In this document: positions 44,266 to 58,494 of the stretch, in pieces
Layout: the number at the start of each line of letters is the position of its first letter
Numbering within the stretch: the stretch's first letter is position 1
Assembly (NCBI RefSeq): GCF_009914755.1
Contig: NC_060942.1
Direction: 5' to 3' (one strand)
DNA from: the human T2T-CHM13v2.0 reference genome, Homo sapiens
DNA length: 64,000 bases
Notes under the pieces: model-generated
What the model saw: only the letters and a program-made list of their open reading frames with translations
Databases searched by the model: none
What the model was told of the DNA's origin: nothing
Made by a program: the position numbers and the translations under genes

Positions 44266-44499
44266 TATCATGGGGCTTTTAAATACCTAGGTAGAAGCTT
44301 GGATTTAAATTTCAGGTCAACATCATGTGATGGCCAGTATTTTATGCCTGAAAATAAGAGTCAATATGATTAATTAATGACATAAATTAATGTCAAGTTG
44401 CTTTGAAAATTCTCAAAGTGACTGAATACATTTTACACCCTTTGTGAATCTAGTGTCTTTACACAGAGGTGTAAAATATCACTGTACTTTCCAGTCCAA

Positions 44500-44680
44500 A
44501 TCTCTGAAATCAGCAGAGCCAAGTTGTATTCCTGGATCTCTTAGTGACTAGCCTTATGACTTGAGTAAGTCATTTCACTTCTGATTCCAGCTTCCACGTC
44601 TATAGACTGGAGACAGGAGATTTTGAGGATCAAATGAAATTACAAAAGCAGCACTTGTTTATATCAAAAAGCACTGCATG
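44500..44680 (+). mobile_element. MIR SINE
   Basis: atgacttgagtaagtcatttcacttctgattccagctt...ttgaggatcaaatgaaat. Confidence 0.6.
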
Positions 44681-45382
44681 GGTATAAATTCATCTCAGAA
44701 ACTCAAGTGTACAAGAAATATAATTTGTTTAGTTTGTTCTTTATTTTTATTAGGATAGAACTTATATATGCCAAAACGTATATACTATGTTTATGTGCAG
44801 TTTAAAGAATAATAATAAAATTACCAACTATGTCCTCACAACCAGGCTTAAGAGGCAGTAACTTGAGGTCTCCAAATGGGTTCTCCTTGTTCACTTCTAG
44901 ATGAAAAGCATTTCTTCTAAAAATATTTTATTGCAAATGTTTCTATAAATGTTTTGTATTTTAATGTCTCTAATCTTTATAGAAATTAAATCACATTGTA
45001 AGTATTCTTTTGACTTGTTTTTTGAGTGCAATATCAAGTTTTCAAAATTCATGTATATTTTTATTTTCAATCAATCAGTCAAAAATATTTATTAAGTTTC
45101 TTACCTGCCAAGCCCATTTGTAGATGGTGCGGATCTACAGTAAATAAAACAGACAAAAATCCCTGCTCTCATCGAACTAATATTCAAGTGGGAGGGGGTA
45201 TGTAGTAAATAAACATGATACATGATAGATAGATAGATAGACAGACAGACAGAGACGTAGATAATTCAGCAAAACAAGAATTGAAATGGTACATATATAG
45301 CAGGATAGGGGACAATGGAATTAGAGGAGAGTGCTATAATTTTAAACAGAATTGTCAGAGTAGGAAACTCTGGGAAGGAGCT

Positions 45383-45797
45383 TGTGTTCAAAGTTCTTTA
45401 CAGAAAAAGAAAAAAATGGGATGTATATATGTACATATGTAAATGTATGTGTGTGTATATGTATTTATGAGAGAGAGAAGGATGCATTTTAAGGAATTGG
45501 CTTGAGATTATAAAGGCTGGCAAAACTCTTATCTGCAGAGTGCGCCAGTGGGCTGGAGACCCAGGAAGGGTTGATGCTTCAGAATTCCCTCTTACTAGGG
45601 AGAAGTCAGTCTTTTATTCTGTTCAAGCCTTCAGCTGATTGAATGAGGCACACTCAGATTAAGGAAAGCAATCTGCTTTACTCAAAGTCCACCAATTTAA
45701 ATTTTAGTCTCATCCAAAAATACCCTCTTAGAAACATCCAGACTAATATTTGATCATATTTAGCCCACCCAAATTGACACAGAAAATTAACCATTAC
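45383..45797 (-). mobile_element. MLT2 solo LTR
   Basis: ttttaaggaattggctt...ggctggagacccagg...gcaatctgctttactcaaagtccaccaattt...ttgacacagaaaattaaccattaca. Confidence 0.8.
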
Positions 45798-47089
45798 AGA
45801 ACTTTGTAAGCAAATAACCAGTAAGTTGGAGGATTTAGTCATGTGGTGACTTGGGAGAGAACATTTGGGAAAGAGAGCAGAACTAATGCAAAAATCCCAA
45901 GGTTCTCTCAAGAATGGTGTAATTGAGGAACATCAAGGAGGCCAGTGTAATGAAAGAGAAGTGAGTGAAGGGCAAAGATGGTAGAAGATGAAGTCAGAGA
46001 GGTAATGGGGTCAGATATGTAAATTTTATGGATGATTCTAAGGTTGTGGCTTTTATTTTCAAAGGGCAATGGAGAGCCACTCTAGGGTGTTGCACAATGA
46101 GTAATTTGACTAAACATTTAAAAACAAATTTTGCAGCTGCGGTGCCACAGAAAGACAAATGTAGAAGAAAACAAACAAAAAAAGAACCTCTAAAAAACCC
46201 CAAAACCTACTGTGCTAAGTATTGCAGTAAAATTTCCTCAAAATAGTGGTTGTCAATCTAGGGTGGTAACTGGAGATTTTGAGAAGGGATGGATGTGTGT
46301 ATATACTTTAATGACAGATTGAATATTGGGTGAGAGGGAAGAAAAGTCAAAGATGAATTCAATGATTTGGCCTGAACAACCTTGGAGGATGAAGTTGTCA
46401 TCAGCTGAGCCGGGAAAGACTGAGAAAGATATAGATTTTTGCAGATTATCAGAAATTCAATTTTGGAGATTTAAATTTAACATGTCTCTTAGACATCTGA
46501 GTGGAAATATCAAATAAGAAGCTGAAAGTTATATAAGAGTCTGGAGTTTAGGAAGAGGTCTTAGCCAAAGATACGTTAGAATAGGTCAATGGTGTTTAAA
46601 CTTATGAGACTGGGTGACATTACTAATGAAGAGAAGAAATAATAGACAAATAGTGAGCTCTGGAATATCAACATTAAGAGTTCAGAAGGAAGAAGAGAAA
46701 CTACAAAGGAACCTAAGGACAAACCAATGAGGTAGAAAAACAAACAAACAAACCAAGAGTGATGTCCTTGAGGCCAAACAAAGAGTAGCAATTGGGAGAA
46801 AATGTCAACTGTGTCAGATGCAACTGATTGGTCCAGTAAGATAAAAACAGAAATGATAGGATTTAGTAATGCAGACATCATAGATTACTTTGAAAGTTAT
46901 GGTGTCAGAGTAGTGATGGTGGGTAAGTAAAGACCTAATTAGAATGAATTTAAGAGTGACTGGGAAAAGTTTCAGAGGAAGCCTGTATAGGAAATCCTCT
47001 GGGAGACTTTGAGACAAAAGGAAGTTGAGAAATGGAATGGTAGATGATGGAGGAATTAGAGTCAAGAGAGAGTTTTTAAGGGATGAGGA

Positions 47090-47512
47090 TTTGTCGTTGT
47101 TGTTAAGTTGTTTGAGTTCTTTGTAGTTTCTGGATATTAGTCCCTTGTTGGATGCATAGTTTGAAAATATTTTCTCCCATTCTGCAGATTGTTCACTGTT
47201 GATTATTTCTTTTGCAGTGCAGAAGCTTTTAAGTTTAATTAAATGCCATTTGTCTCTTTTTGTTTTTGTTGCTTGTGCTTTTGACGTCTTAGTCGTGAAT
47301 GTGTTGCCTAGGCCAATGTCCAGAAGAGTTTTCCCTAGGTTTTCTTCTAGTATTTATAGGAGAGAATGGGAAGGAGATGAGAGATGAGAAATTACTTAAT
47401 GGGAAAATGTGCATTATTTGGGTGATGGATACACTAAAACCCCAGACTTCATCCCTATACCATATACCCATGTAATAAAATTGCATTTGTACCCCCTAAA
47501 TTTATACAAACA
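47090..47512. mobile_element. 5'-inverted L1PB-like insertion (antisense ORF2 piece 47090-47355 plus sense 3' end 47356-47512)
   Basis: ttttgcagtgcagaagcttttaagttt (antisense ORF2) abuts sense 3' terminus gatgagaaattacttaatggg...gtaccccctaaatttatacaaa. Confidence 0.75.
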
Positions 47513-48367
47513 AAGATGGGAGAGTTAACAGCATATTTATATGCTGATGAAAATGTTCTAGCAGAGAGTGTAAAAAATGAGGGTATAAGTGAAGTAGAAT
47601 CGCTTAAGTGAGGCCCATAAGCAGATGACAGGAAATGAAATCTTACATCCAAGTGAATAATTAGTTTTAGGAAGGTATGTGAGCAGGAAAAAAAAAAGTG
47701 GACAGAGTACAGGTGCTAGTAGGTGGGTAGACTGAGGGAAAATCTGTGGAAATTCTCTTCTGATGGCTTCAGTTTCCTTGGTAAAATAGAAAGGTCATCA
47801 ACAGAGTGGGTATGAGGCAGGAGTACTGGAGATTTGAGAACAGAGGAGAAAGTTATGTAAAAGAGTGGGAGAGAGAATGGATCAGGGAAATATGTAATTG
47901 GGTAGCAGCACGAGGCCCACTTGAATTTGGGGCTTATGGTCATGAGTTGAAAATGGCAACTCTAGTATGGCTTTGTGTTTCTCCCTAGCTCTGTTGAGTT
48001 TTAAGAGTACAAAGAGATATATTTTTAAAGCATAATTCTGATCATTCAACTTCCTTTTAAGATCCTTCAATGATTTATTTCCATACCTAAAATGAAACCC
48101 AAATTACTTACCAGGGTCCATAACTCTGATATCACTCTCCCCTTATTCACAACACTCTAGCCATACCGACCTTTTTATCGATAACTACATTCCCATATCT
48201 TTACCTCATCAATTGGCCCTTTGGTGAAATATCAGTTCCCAGACCAAAGTCTTCATTGATCTCTTCACACTAATCAGTTTCTCTATCTGCGTATTGTTTT
48301 ATTTTCTTCATAGTATGATCACTATTATAAATGAACTTACTTATTCATGTGATTTTTAAAAAATTCT

Positions 48368-48662
<295 letters not shown>

Positions 48663-49013
48663 AAAAATTCTTTTCCCAGCTCAATTATAATAAGAGTACA
48701 GGCTGAATTGACATAGCTTTCTGCCAAATTCCTAGTAACACTCACATAGAGTATGTAATGTATGCCCTCAATAAGTAGTGGTTGAATGAATGATTGTATC
48801 TGGACATAACCTAGTAAAATATTAGAACAATAAAGATAAAGAAAGTTCCTTAAAGTTTCTTAATATTTTCAGGAACAAGAATTTGATTGGCTTCAGACTA
48901 CTCATTTACAAAGCTAGCTGCTAGAAGACATGGAACAATACTTTTAAGGTTATGTGGTAGAAAAAGATTTCAAACCAGCATTCTAGAAAGTGTTAAATAA
49001 ATAAAATATTAAT

Positions 49014-52000
49014 GGGAGGGGGAAGACAGGATGGTTGACTAGACACAGTCAGATGGAACAGCTGCCACCAAGGGACCAAGATGGCTTGTGTACTCCTAGC
49101 AGATCTTCAGAAGGAAGGCACTGAGAGTGGATAGAGGAAAGACACAGAAGCTAGGCTGAAGAGGGAGGAAGCTGGGAACCATACAAGGGCCTACTGCATA
49201 CCTGAACTTTTTCCTGGCCCTCAGTGACTCTGGGGGACCTGGTGAGTTGAACTAGCAAGGAGCAGCCCACTCTCACCATGGGCCTCTGTAACCCCAGCAA
49301 GAGGAGATCCCACAATTATCATGGACACTTGGGTTGGCAGGGAGAGCTGCTTAGAATAGTGGTAGGGGCAGAAAGCCAGCTGATGTGGAGCCCAGAGAGT
49401 TTGGTGCAGGAGTGTCTGTAGTGGGGCACGACCAGAAATGGCTACCCACTAGGCTCAACTTACTCCCAAAGGAGACTCTAATCCTAGTGGAACTGTTGGT
49501 TCTGAACTCTATAGGTCAGTCTTGCCCATCTCATGGGGCTGATCTGACCTGAGCACCTCTTGGTCTGCTGGCCTCTCCCAGGGCCGCAGTCTGGCCATGC
49601 CTGCTTGTAGGACAGCCTCAGGTGCCCTGTGGCCCACATCATAGCTTCTGCACTGTTGTACCATGCCTGATGAGTGGAGAGCTCCAGTAGGGTGGCCCCC
49701 ATGGTCATGCACCAACCTGCATGCTCTTTACCAACACTGCAGCTTCCCCTTGGCCCACAACAACTCCCCACATTGCTTTGCTGGTATGTGTCTGTGTGGG
49801 CAGGTTTTTATTTCCTTGCCCCATCAGGGTGCAAGTGTGCATGTACCCCACCCAGTCACTGCTGTGGTGGGAGTGCAGTCTACCCACCTCCTCCACTGAC
49901 TGCCTTTGCAGACAGAGCCTTGATGGGCACAGAGCCAGCCAGCCCCAACTCCATCAGCACCCTGCCCTTGCACTAAGACTACCACAAGAGTAAAACTAGA
50001 CATAGAGAATGGCAGATCTTCCCCTGCCCTGAGTGATCACTCCTGCTTACAGTGCATAGGAAAGGCATATAGACCTGCACCTGCCAGTGCCCCACTGCTG
50101 GAGCCAACACGACCATCAGTGCAACCATGCACACAGTCACCAGCAGGGGCCCCTGCTCCCCTCCAGCTGCATTGCCTCCGCCAGTGTGGTGAATGCCCAC
50201 AGGGAGGCAGGCACCCCAGCACCCACTAACACCCTGCCGCAGATGACAAGCATGCACCCCACCAATAAGCACTGCCACTACCACTGCTGCTGGCATATGC
50301 AAACAAAAATGTATCTTGCTCTCACCACACTTGGAAATGCTTTGGCTGACATTGGAGTGTAGTGACCAGTGGTATGGGAGCTGTTTGGCCTCCTCAGTGC
50401 AGTGGATTCCTAACCTTGAGGAGCCAGAGAACAAAGTCAGGGCCCAACACAAGTTCCCTAGAGTTAGAGCATGTAGTCCAGGAGTTGGGAGCTGAGTGTT
50501 GGTCCCCTAAAATTTTCCAGAAACCAAGCCAGTTGGCTGAATCCACCTTATACCACAGTCAAACCCTTGGGTCACCAAATAGGATAAAATACAAAAAAAA
50601 ATCCAAAAGTCAGCAACCTCAAAAATTGAAGGAACATAAACACACAAAGATGAGAAAGAGCCAGCACAAGAACCCAGACAACTAAAAAAGCCAAAGTGCC
50701 TTCTTTCCTCCAAAAGACTGTTTTATCTCCCCAGCAGGGGTTGTGAACCAGGCTGAGATGGCTGAAATGACAGAAATAGAATTCAGAACATGGATATGAA
50801 CAAAGATGACTGAGCTACAGGAGTACATTAATACCCAATCTAAGGGTGCTAAGATTCATGATAAAACAATACAGGAGCTGACAGACAAAATAGCCATATA
50901 GAAAAGAACACAAGTGACTTGATAGAGCTGGAAAACACATTACAAGATTTTTGTAATGCAATCGTAAGTATTAATAGCAGAATAGAACAAGCAGACAAAA
51001 AGATCTCAGCTTGAAGACTGGCTTTCTAATATAAGTCAGTGAGACAAAAATAGAGAAAAAAGAATGAAAAGGAATAAACAAAACCTTCAAGAAATACGGG
51101 ATTATGTAAAGAGACCACACCTATGACTCACTGTGTCCCTGAAAGAGATGGGGAGAATGGAAGCATCCTGGAAAACATATTTCAGGATATCATCCATGAG
51201 AACTTCCCCAACCTATCTAGAGAAGCCAACATTCAAATTTAGGAAATGCAGAGGACCCCAACTGGATACTTCACAAAGAGATCATCCCCAAGACACACAA
51301 TTATCAGATTCTTCAAAGTAGAAATGAAAGAAAAAATGTTAAAGGCAGCTAGAGAGAAAGAACAAGTCACCTACAAAGGGAAGCCCATCAGACTAGCAAT
51401 CGATTTCTCAGTAGAAACCTTATAAGCCAGAAGGGGTTGGGGGCTCATATTCAACAGTCTTAAAGAAAAGAAACTCCAACTCAGAGTTTGATATCAAGCA
51501 AAACTAGGCTTCATAAGTGAAAAAGAAATAAGAACCTTTTGAGATAAGCAAACGCTGAGGGCATTTGTTACCACCAGGCCTGCCTTACAAGAGCTTCTGA
51601 AGGAAGCACTAAATACTAAATATGAAAGGAAAGACCTTTACCAGCCACTACAAAAGCACACTGAAGTACACAGACCAATAACACTATAAAGCAACCACAT
51701 AAACAAGTCTGAAAAATAACCAGCTAACATCATGATGACAGGATCAAATTTACACATATCTTTACCAACCTTGAATATAAATGGGCTAATGCCCTGATTA
51801 AAAGGCACAGAGTGGCAAACTGGATAAAGAACGAAGACCCAATCACACACTGGGGCCTGTCATGGGGTGGGAGGAGGGGGGAGGGATAGCATTAGGAGAT
51901 ATACCTAATGTAAATGGCGAGTTAATGGGTGCAGCACACCAACATGGGGCATGTATACATATGTAACAAACCTGCACGTTGTGCACATGTACCCTAGAAC

Positions 52001-55000
52001 TTAAAGTATAAAATAAATAAATAAATAAAGAACAAAGACCCATTGGTATGCTGCCTTCAAGAGTCCCATCTCACATGCAATGACACACATAGGCTCAAAA
52101 TAAAGGGATGAAGAAAAATCTACTAAGCAAATGGAAAACAGGAATAAACAGGGATTGCAATCCCAGTTTCTGACAAAATAGACTTCAAACTAACAAAGAT
52201 AAAAAAGACAAAGGGCATTATGTAATAGTAAAGGGTTCAATTCAACAAGAAGACCTAACTATTCTAAATATATATTCACCCAACACAGGAGCACTCAGAT
52301 TCATAAAGCAAGTTCTTAGAGACCTTGAAAGAGACTTTGACTCCCATACACTAATAGCAGGATATTTTAACACACCACTGACAATATTAGACAGATTATT
52401 AAGAGACAAAATTAACAAAGATATTCAGGACCTGTACTCAGCACTGGGTCAAATGAACCTGATAGACATTTACAGAACTCTTCACCCCAAAACAACAGAA
52501 TGTAGCCACGTGGCACATACTCTAAAATTGATCACATAATTGAAAATAAAACACTCCTCAGTGAATGAAAAATAACCAAAATCACAACAAACAATCTCTT
52601 AGACAACACTGCAAGCAAATTAGAAATCAAGACTAAAAAATTCACGAAAATCATACAATTACATGGGAATTAAATAACCTGCTCTTGTGCAAATTTTAGT
52701 AAATAATGAAATTAAGGCAGACATCTAGAAGTTCTTTGAAACTAATGAGAACAAAGATACAACATACCAGAATCTCTGGAACACATCTAAGACAGTGGTA
52801 AAATGGAAATTTATAATACTAAATGCCCACATAAAAAAGTTAGAAAGATCTCAAGTTAACAACATAACATCACAACTAAAAGAACTAGAGAACTAAGAGA
52901 AAACCAACCCCAAAGTTAACAGAAGACAAGAAATAACCAGAATCATAGCTGAATTAAAGGAAATTGATACATAAAAAACCATTGAAATGAATTTAGAGCT
53001 GGTTTTTTGAAAAAATGATAGACCACTAGCTAGAGTAATAAAGAAGAAAAGAGAGATCCAAATAGACACAATCAAAAATGACAAAGGGAATATTACCACT
53101 GATCCCACAGAAATACAAATGACCATTAGAGAACATTGTGAACACTTCTATGCACAAAAACTAGAGAATCTAGAAGAAATAGGTAAATTCCTGGACACAT
53201 ACACCCTCTCAAGACTGAAACAGGAAAAAATTGAATCCCTGAACAGACCAATAATGAGCTCTGAAATTGAGGCAGTAATAAATAGCCTACCAACCAAGAA
53301 AAGCCCCAGATGGATTCACAGCTGAAATCTACCAGATGTACAAAGAAGTGCTGGTACCATTCCTGCCAAACTGTTCCAAAAATTTGAGGAGGAGAGACTG
53401 CTCCCTAACTCATTCTATGAGGCCAGCATCATCTTGACACTAAAACCTGACAGGGACATAACAAGAAAAGGAAACTTTGGGCCAATATCATTGATGACCA
53501 TTGATGCAAACATCCTCAACAAAATACTGTCAAACTGAATCCAGCATCACATCAAAAAGTGTATCCACACAATGAAGTAGGCTTTATCCCTGGTATGCAA
53601 TGTTGGTTCAACATACACAAATCAATAAAATGTGATTCATCATATAAACAGAACTAAAGTAAAAAACCACATGATTATCTCAATAGATGCAGAAAAGGCT
53701 TTCAATAAAATTAAACATCCCTTCATGTTAAAAACTCTCAATAAGCTAGGTATTGAAGGAACCTACTTCAAAATAATAAGACCCCTATATGACAAACCCA
53801 CAGCCAACATTAGAATAAATGGGCAAAATGTGGAAACATTCACCTTGAAAATCAGCACAAGACCAGGACACCCTCTCTCACCACTCCTATTCAACATAGT
53901 GTTGGGTTCTGGCCAAAGCAATCAGGCAAGAAGGAAGTAAATGGCATCCAAACAGGAAGAAAGTCAAATTATCTCTTTGTAGATGATATAATCCTATATT
54001 AGGAAACCCCATCTCAAACCAAAAGTTCCTTCAGCAGATAAACAATTTCAGCAAAGCCTCAGGATACAAAATCAATGTGGAAAAATCACTAACACTCTTA
54101 TACACCAACAACAGTCAAACCAAGAGCCAAATCAGGAATGCAATCCCATTCACAATTGCTACACACACACACATACATGCACACACAAACAATATAGGAA
54201 TAAAGCTAACCAGGGAAGTGAGAGATCTACAAGGAGAACTACAAAACACTGTTCAAAGAAATTAGAGATGACACAAATGAATGGAAAAGCATTCCATGCT
54301 CATGGATGGAAAAAATCAATATTGTTGAAATGGCCATACTGATGAAAGCAATTTATAGATTCAATGCTATTCCTATTAAACTGACATTGACATTCTTCAC
54401 AAAACTAGAAAAAACTATTTTAAAATTCATATGAAAACAAAACAAAAATACCCCACAAATATGCAAGGCTATCCTAAGCAAAATGAACAAAGGTGGTGGC
54501 ATCACACTACCTGACTTTAATTCAAACTATACTACAGGACTACAGTAACCAAAGCAGCATGGTACTGGTACAAGAACAGACACATAGACCAATGGAACAG
54601 AATAGAGAACCAGGACATAAGACCACACACCTTCAACTATCTGATCTTTGACAAACCTGACAAAAACAAGCAATGGGGAAAGGATTCCTTATTGGGAATC
54701 CATTTAGGATTAACCAAAGGGTGCTGGGATAACTGGCTAGCCATGTGCAGAAGATTGAAACTGGACCCTTTCCTTACACAATGTACAAAAAATAACTCAA
54801 AATGGATTGAAGACAAATATAAACCCTAAAAGTATAAAAACCACAGAAGACAACCTAGGCAATACCATTCTGGACATAGGCATGGGCAAAGATTTTATGA
54901 TGAAGATGCCAAAAGCAATTGCAACAAAAGGAAAAATAGACAAATGGGATCTAATAAAACTAAAGAGCTTCTGCACAGCAAAAGAAACTATCAGCAGAGT

Positions 55001-55946
55001 AAACAGACAACCTACAGAATGGGAGAAAAGTTTTGCAAACTGTGCATCTGACAAAGATCTAATATCTCACATCTATAAGGAACTTAAACAAATTTGCAAG
55101 AAAAAAACAACCCCATTAAAAAGTGGGCAAAAGCCATGAACAGACATTTTTTTAAAAGAGGACATACATGAGGCCAACAATTGTATGAAAAAGGCTCAAC
55201 ATCATTATTAGAGAAATGGAAGTCAAAACCCCAATAAGAACCATCTCACACCAGTCAGAATGGCTATTTTTAAAAAGCCAAAAAATAACAGATGCTGGTT
55301 GTGGAGAAAAAGGAACACTTATACACTGCTGGTGGGAGTGTAAATTAGTTCAACCATTGTGGAAGACAATATGGCAATCCCTTAAAGAGCTGAAAACAGA
55401 ACTACCATTTGACTCAGCAATCCCATTATTGGGTATATACCCAAAGGAATATAAAGCATTCTATCATAAAGACACATGCATGAGTATATCCATTGCAGCG
55501 CTAGTCACAACAGCAATGACGTGGAATCAATCTACATGCCTGTCAATGACAGACTAGATACAAAAAATGTGGTACATATACACTATGAAATACTACGCAG
55601 CCATAAAAAGAACAAGATCATGTCCTTTGCAGGAACATGGGTGGATCTGGGGACCATTATCCTTAGCAAACTAATGCAGGAACAGAAAACCAAATACTGC
55701 ATGTTCTCATTTACAAATGGGCACTAAATGATGAGAATACATGGACACATAGAGGGTAACAACACACGCTTGGGCTTTTCAGAGGGTGGAGGTTGGGAGG
55801 AGGAAGAGGATCAGGAAAAATAACTAATGGGTACTAGGCTTAATACCTGGGTGACAAAATAATCTGCACAAAAAACTCCCATGACACAAGTTTATAAAAC
55901 AAACCTGCACATATACCCCTTAATGTAAAATAAAAGTTAAATTTAA
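49014..55946 (+). mobile_element. Full-length older primate L1 (L1PA13-like), heavily decayed, inserted in an L1ME fragment
   Basis: Long GC-rich 5'UTR from gggagggggaagacaggatgg; ORF1 remnant from ~50650, ORF2 remnant from ~51735; 3'UTR aggatcaggaaaaataactaatgggtactaggcttaatacctgggtg; TSD aaaat(a/g)ttaat at 49003-49013 and 55947-55957. Confidence 0.9.
51842..52024 (+). mobile_element. 5'-truncated L1PA4/5-like 3' end nested in ORF2 of the L1PA13-like element
   Basis: gggatagcattaggagatatacctaatgtaaat...ccctagaacttaaagtataaataa; 18-bp TSD ataaagaac(g/a)aagaccca at 51824-51841 and 52025-52042. Confidence 0.92.
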
Positions 55947-56229
55947 AAAATGTTAATCAATTGTGAGAGTAATTTCCATATATTATTAGATACTATAGGA
56001 CTCTGAAAGTTTATCTCTACTCCACCTTCCTCAGGAAGATTATTGAATATATATATTGTGGCAAAATAAGGAATATGGAAAGAAAAAAGAACAAAATGCA
56101 AAAAACAGTGGACATAACCCAAGAATGAAATGATAAGAAAACTAAATAAGATAGCTTAGTAATGGATTGGTATAAACCCAAATAGAAGGTCAGAGTGATT
56201 GGAGAAAAATGTTTTAAAGAAAAACAGTA

Positions 56230-56705
56230 TTACAGATGCAATGGACTAGTTGATCCAAATGCACCCCCCAGATACCTCTTCTTCCTCCCCAACTCCCTAC
56301 CTCCAGGCAATTCTAGGGGTGACCCTAAAATACAACTCTAGCCAGTGAGAAAAAGGCTAAATTACCTTTATTCAACTTTTTTCCCCTAATAAAACAGCAA
56401 TGCCTTGCTAGAAGACAATTTATTTAATTTTTAATGTGTTCTCTTCCTACCAGGAAGTGAAGCTACCATCTTGTGAATAAGAGGACCAAGAAGATGTTGA
56501 GGCTTGGATGGTGCTAAGAATAGCAGAGAAGAAGGGTGAAAAGTTCTGGGTAAATTATGGCATCATTATGCTGCTGCACTAAGCTGCAGCCAGCTCACCC
56601 CAGAAGTCTTAATATGTGATGCGAATAGACCCCTATCTATTGCTGGTGGTTGATACTAGTGGTTGGTTTTCAGTTTCATTGGTCAGAACCTCTTTCTACC
56701 TGATT
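56230..56705 (+). mobile_element. Old MaLR LTR (MLT1J/K-like), degenerate
   Basis: gctaccatcttgtga, ttctgggtaaattatggcatcatt, ggttttcagtttc resemble MLT1J/K core motifs. Confidence 0.45.
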
Positions 56706-56906
56706 CAAATGTGGATTCACTTTTAAAAATATGATTTCATCAGCTGATCATCTTAGCAATAAGTTGAAGGCATTATTCTTTCAAAAACAAGGGTAACCAG
56801 AGGTTCCTTCAAAAGCAAAAATATCTATAAAAAGTTTAGTATGAAGTTGTGGTTTAATAATGAATTGATTGAACTTTGGTGATAGAGTTTAAAATAATCC
56901 ATTTGC

Positions 56907-57237
<331 letters not shown>

Positions 57238-58029
57238 CTAATTTTCTTTGTACATACTCTCCGTAACAAAACAAATTTGATGAGTTTGGATTTCGTTTCC
57301 TTTTTTGTGGATCCATTCACACTACTTATTTCCTCAATAAATGTTATTACACAATCATAATATTGTATTATATATATATTTTTTCACATAAATACTGAGA
57401 GAACTCATGAAGAGCATTATTATAGTTATCTGACAATTTTAAACAATGTCAAATGAAGAGATATTGCTCAAGTAGAAGGACCAAGAAATAAATCTTTAGT
57501 TTTACCATATAAATGAATAATTGTAATCAGTAAACAAAAAATATAAGTGACAAATTTAGGGAGAGGAGTGTTAGAGTAATAATGTAAGTGAGCTAATTTC
57601 CTAAACTTTTATTAAGGGAGGCAGTAGATACTTTTTGGGATTGACAGAGGAACAAATAGAGATGTAAGCATAGTATTTGGAGGTATGAAAGAGACTATTA
57701 GAAGCACTAAAAAATGAAACAATAAAGAGGATTACTTCTCAGAACCACATCTATAGATACATGAACAACTTTTGCTTATGAACTCATACCCCTTTTGTTT
57801 GATTTTTAAAATAATGCTCATGTATTACTTTTATAATAAAATAATGCAATCAAACTTTATTACAAATATAATTTAATGTGTTATGCCAGATTCAAAGGAG
57901 CTAAGCATTATTTTCTCTCTGTTAAACATTTTTTTTTTTGCATGCATGCAGAGACTAGCTGCCTGGGATGTAATATTTCCAAGAATTATTGCCACAGAGT
58001 TGGATATTAGGTTTGATCAAGAGAGGAAT

Positions 58030-58365
58030 TCATGCAAGAATTTGAAAATGGGAGAGAAGTAGAAGCCAGTAGTACTCTGTGCCAGTGGGAGGCTGTAGCA
58101 AGTATGAGGTTTTGCCAGCAGCTTCAGGGCATCCACTGCAAATAATTTATTTCCGTGCTGCAGGCAGTTAAGATCATCAATAGTGCTTGTCTGCAATTTC
58201 TGCACTTCCTAATTTCCTGAATTCTAGAGGTAACTTTTCCTTACCTTCATTCCCTTAGCCCCTCCCATGTTTTTGTAATGTTCTAATCTCCAATATTAAA
58301 TCCTTTCCTGTTCAAAATATCTAGAACGGGTTCTGTCTTCCTGAACAAAATAATAACTGAAAGAT
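58030..58365 (+). mobile_element. Old ERVL-class LTR 3' part
   Basis: attaaatcctttcctgttcaaaatatctagaacgggttctgtcttcctgaac, an LTR33/LTR41-group U5-like terminus. Confidence 0.4.
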
Positions 58366-58494
58366 GTTTCAGTAGTTTCAAAGTATTTTAAATTTGAGTA
58401 GAATTTTAGGTGTGTGAAATTTTCAAGTTGAAACAGACCTCAGAGATCATCTAATGCTCCTTAATTTTACAGTAAAAGCACCAAAAACAGTCTA

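Larger units (their letters stand above)
45070..47990 (-). mobile_element. Long fragmented L2, interrupted by MLT2 and an inverted L1PB
   Basis: aaatatttattaag...cagtaaataaaacagacaaaaatccctgc; ggagaaaatgtcaactgtgtcagatgc; gcatatttatatgctgatg. Confidence 0.7.

Noticed and set aside
49484-50713. Cluster of overlapping ORFs of 60-157 aa
   Set aside because: Lies in the GC-rich 5'UTR of the L1PA13-like element where stop codons are rare; no recognisable domain.
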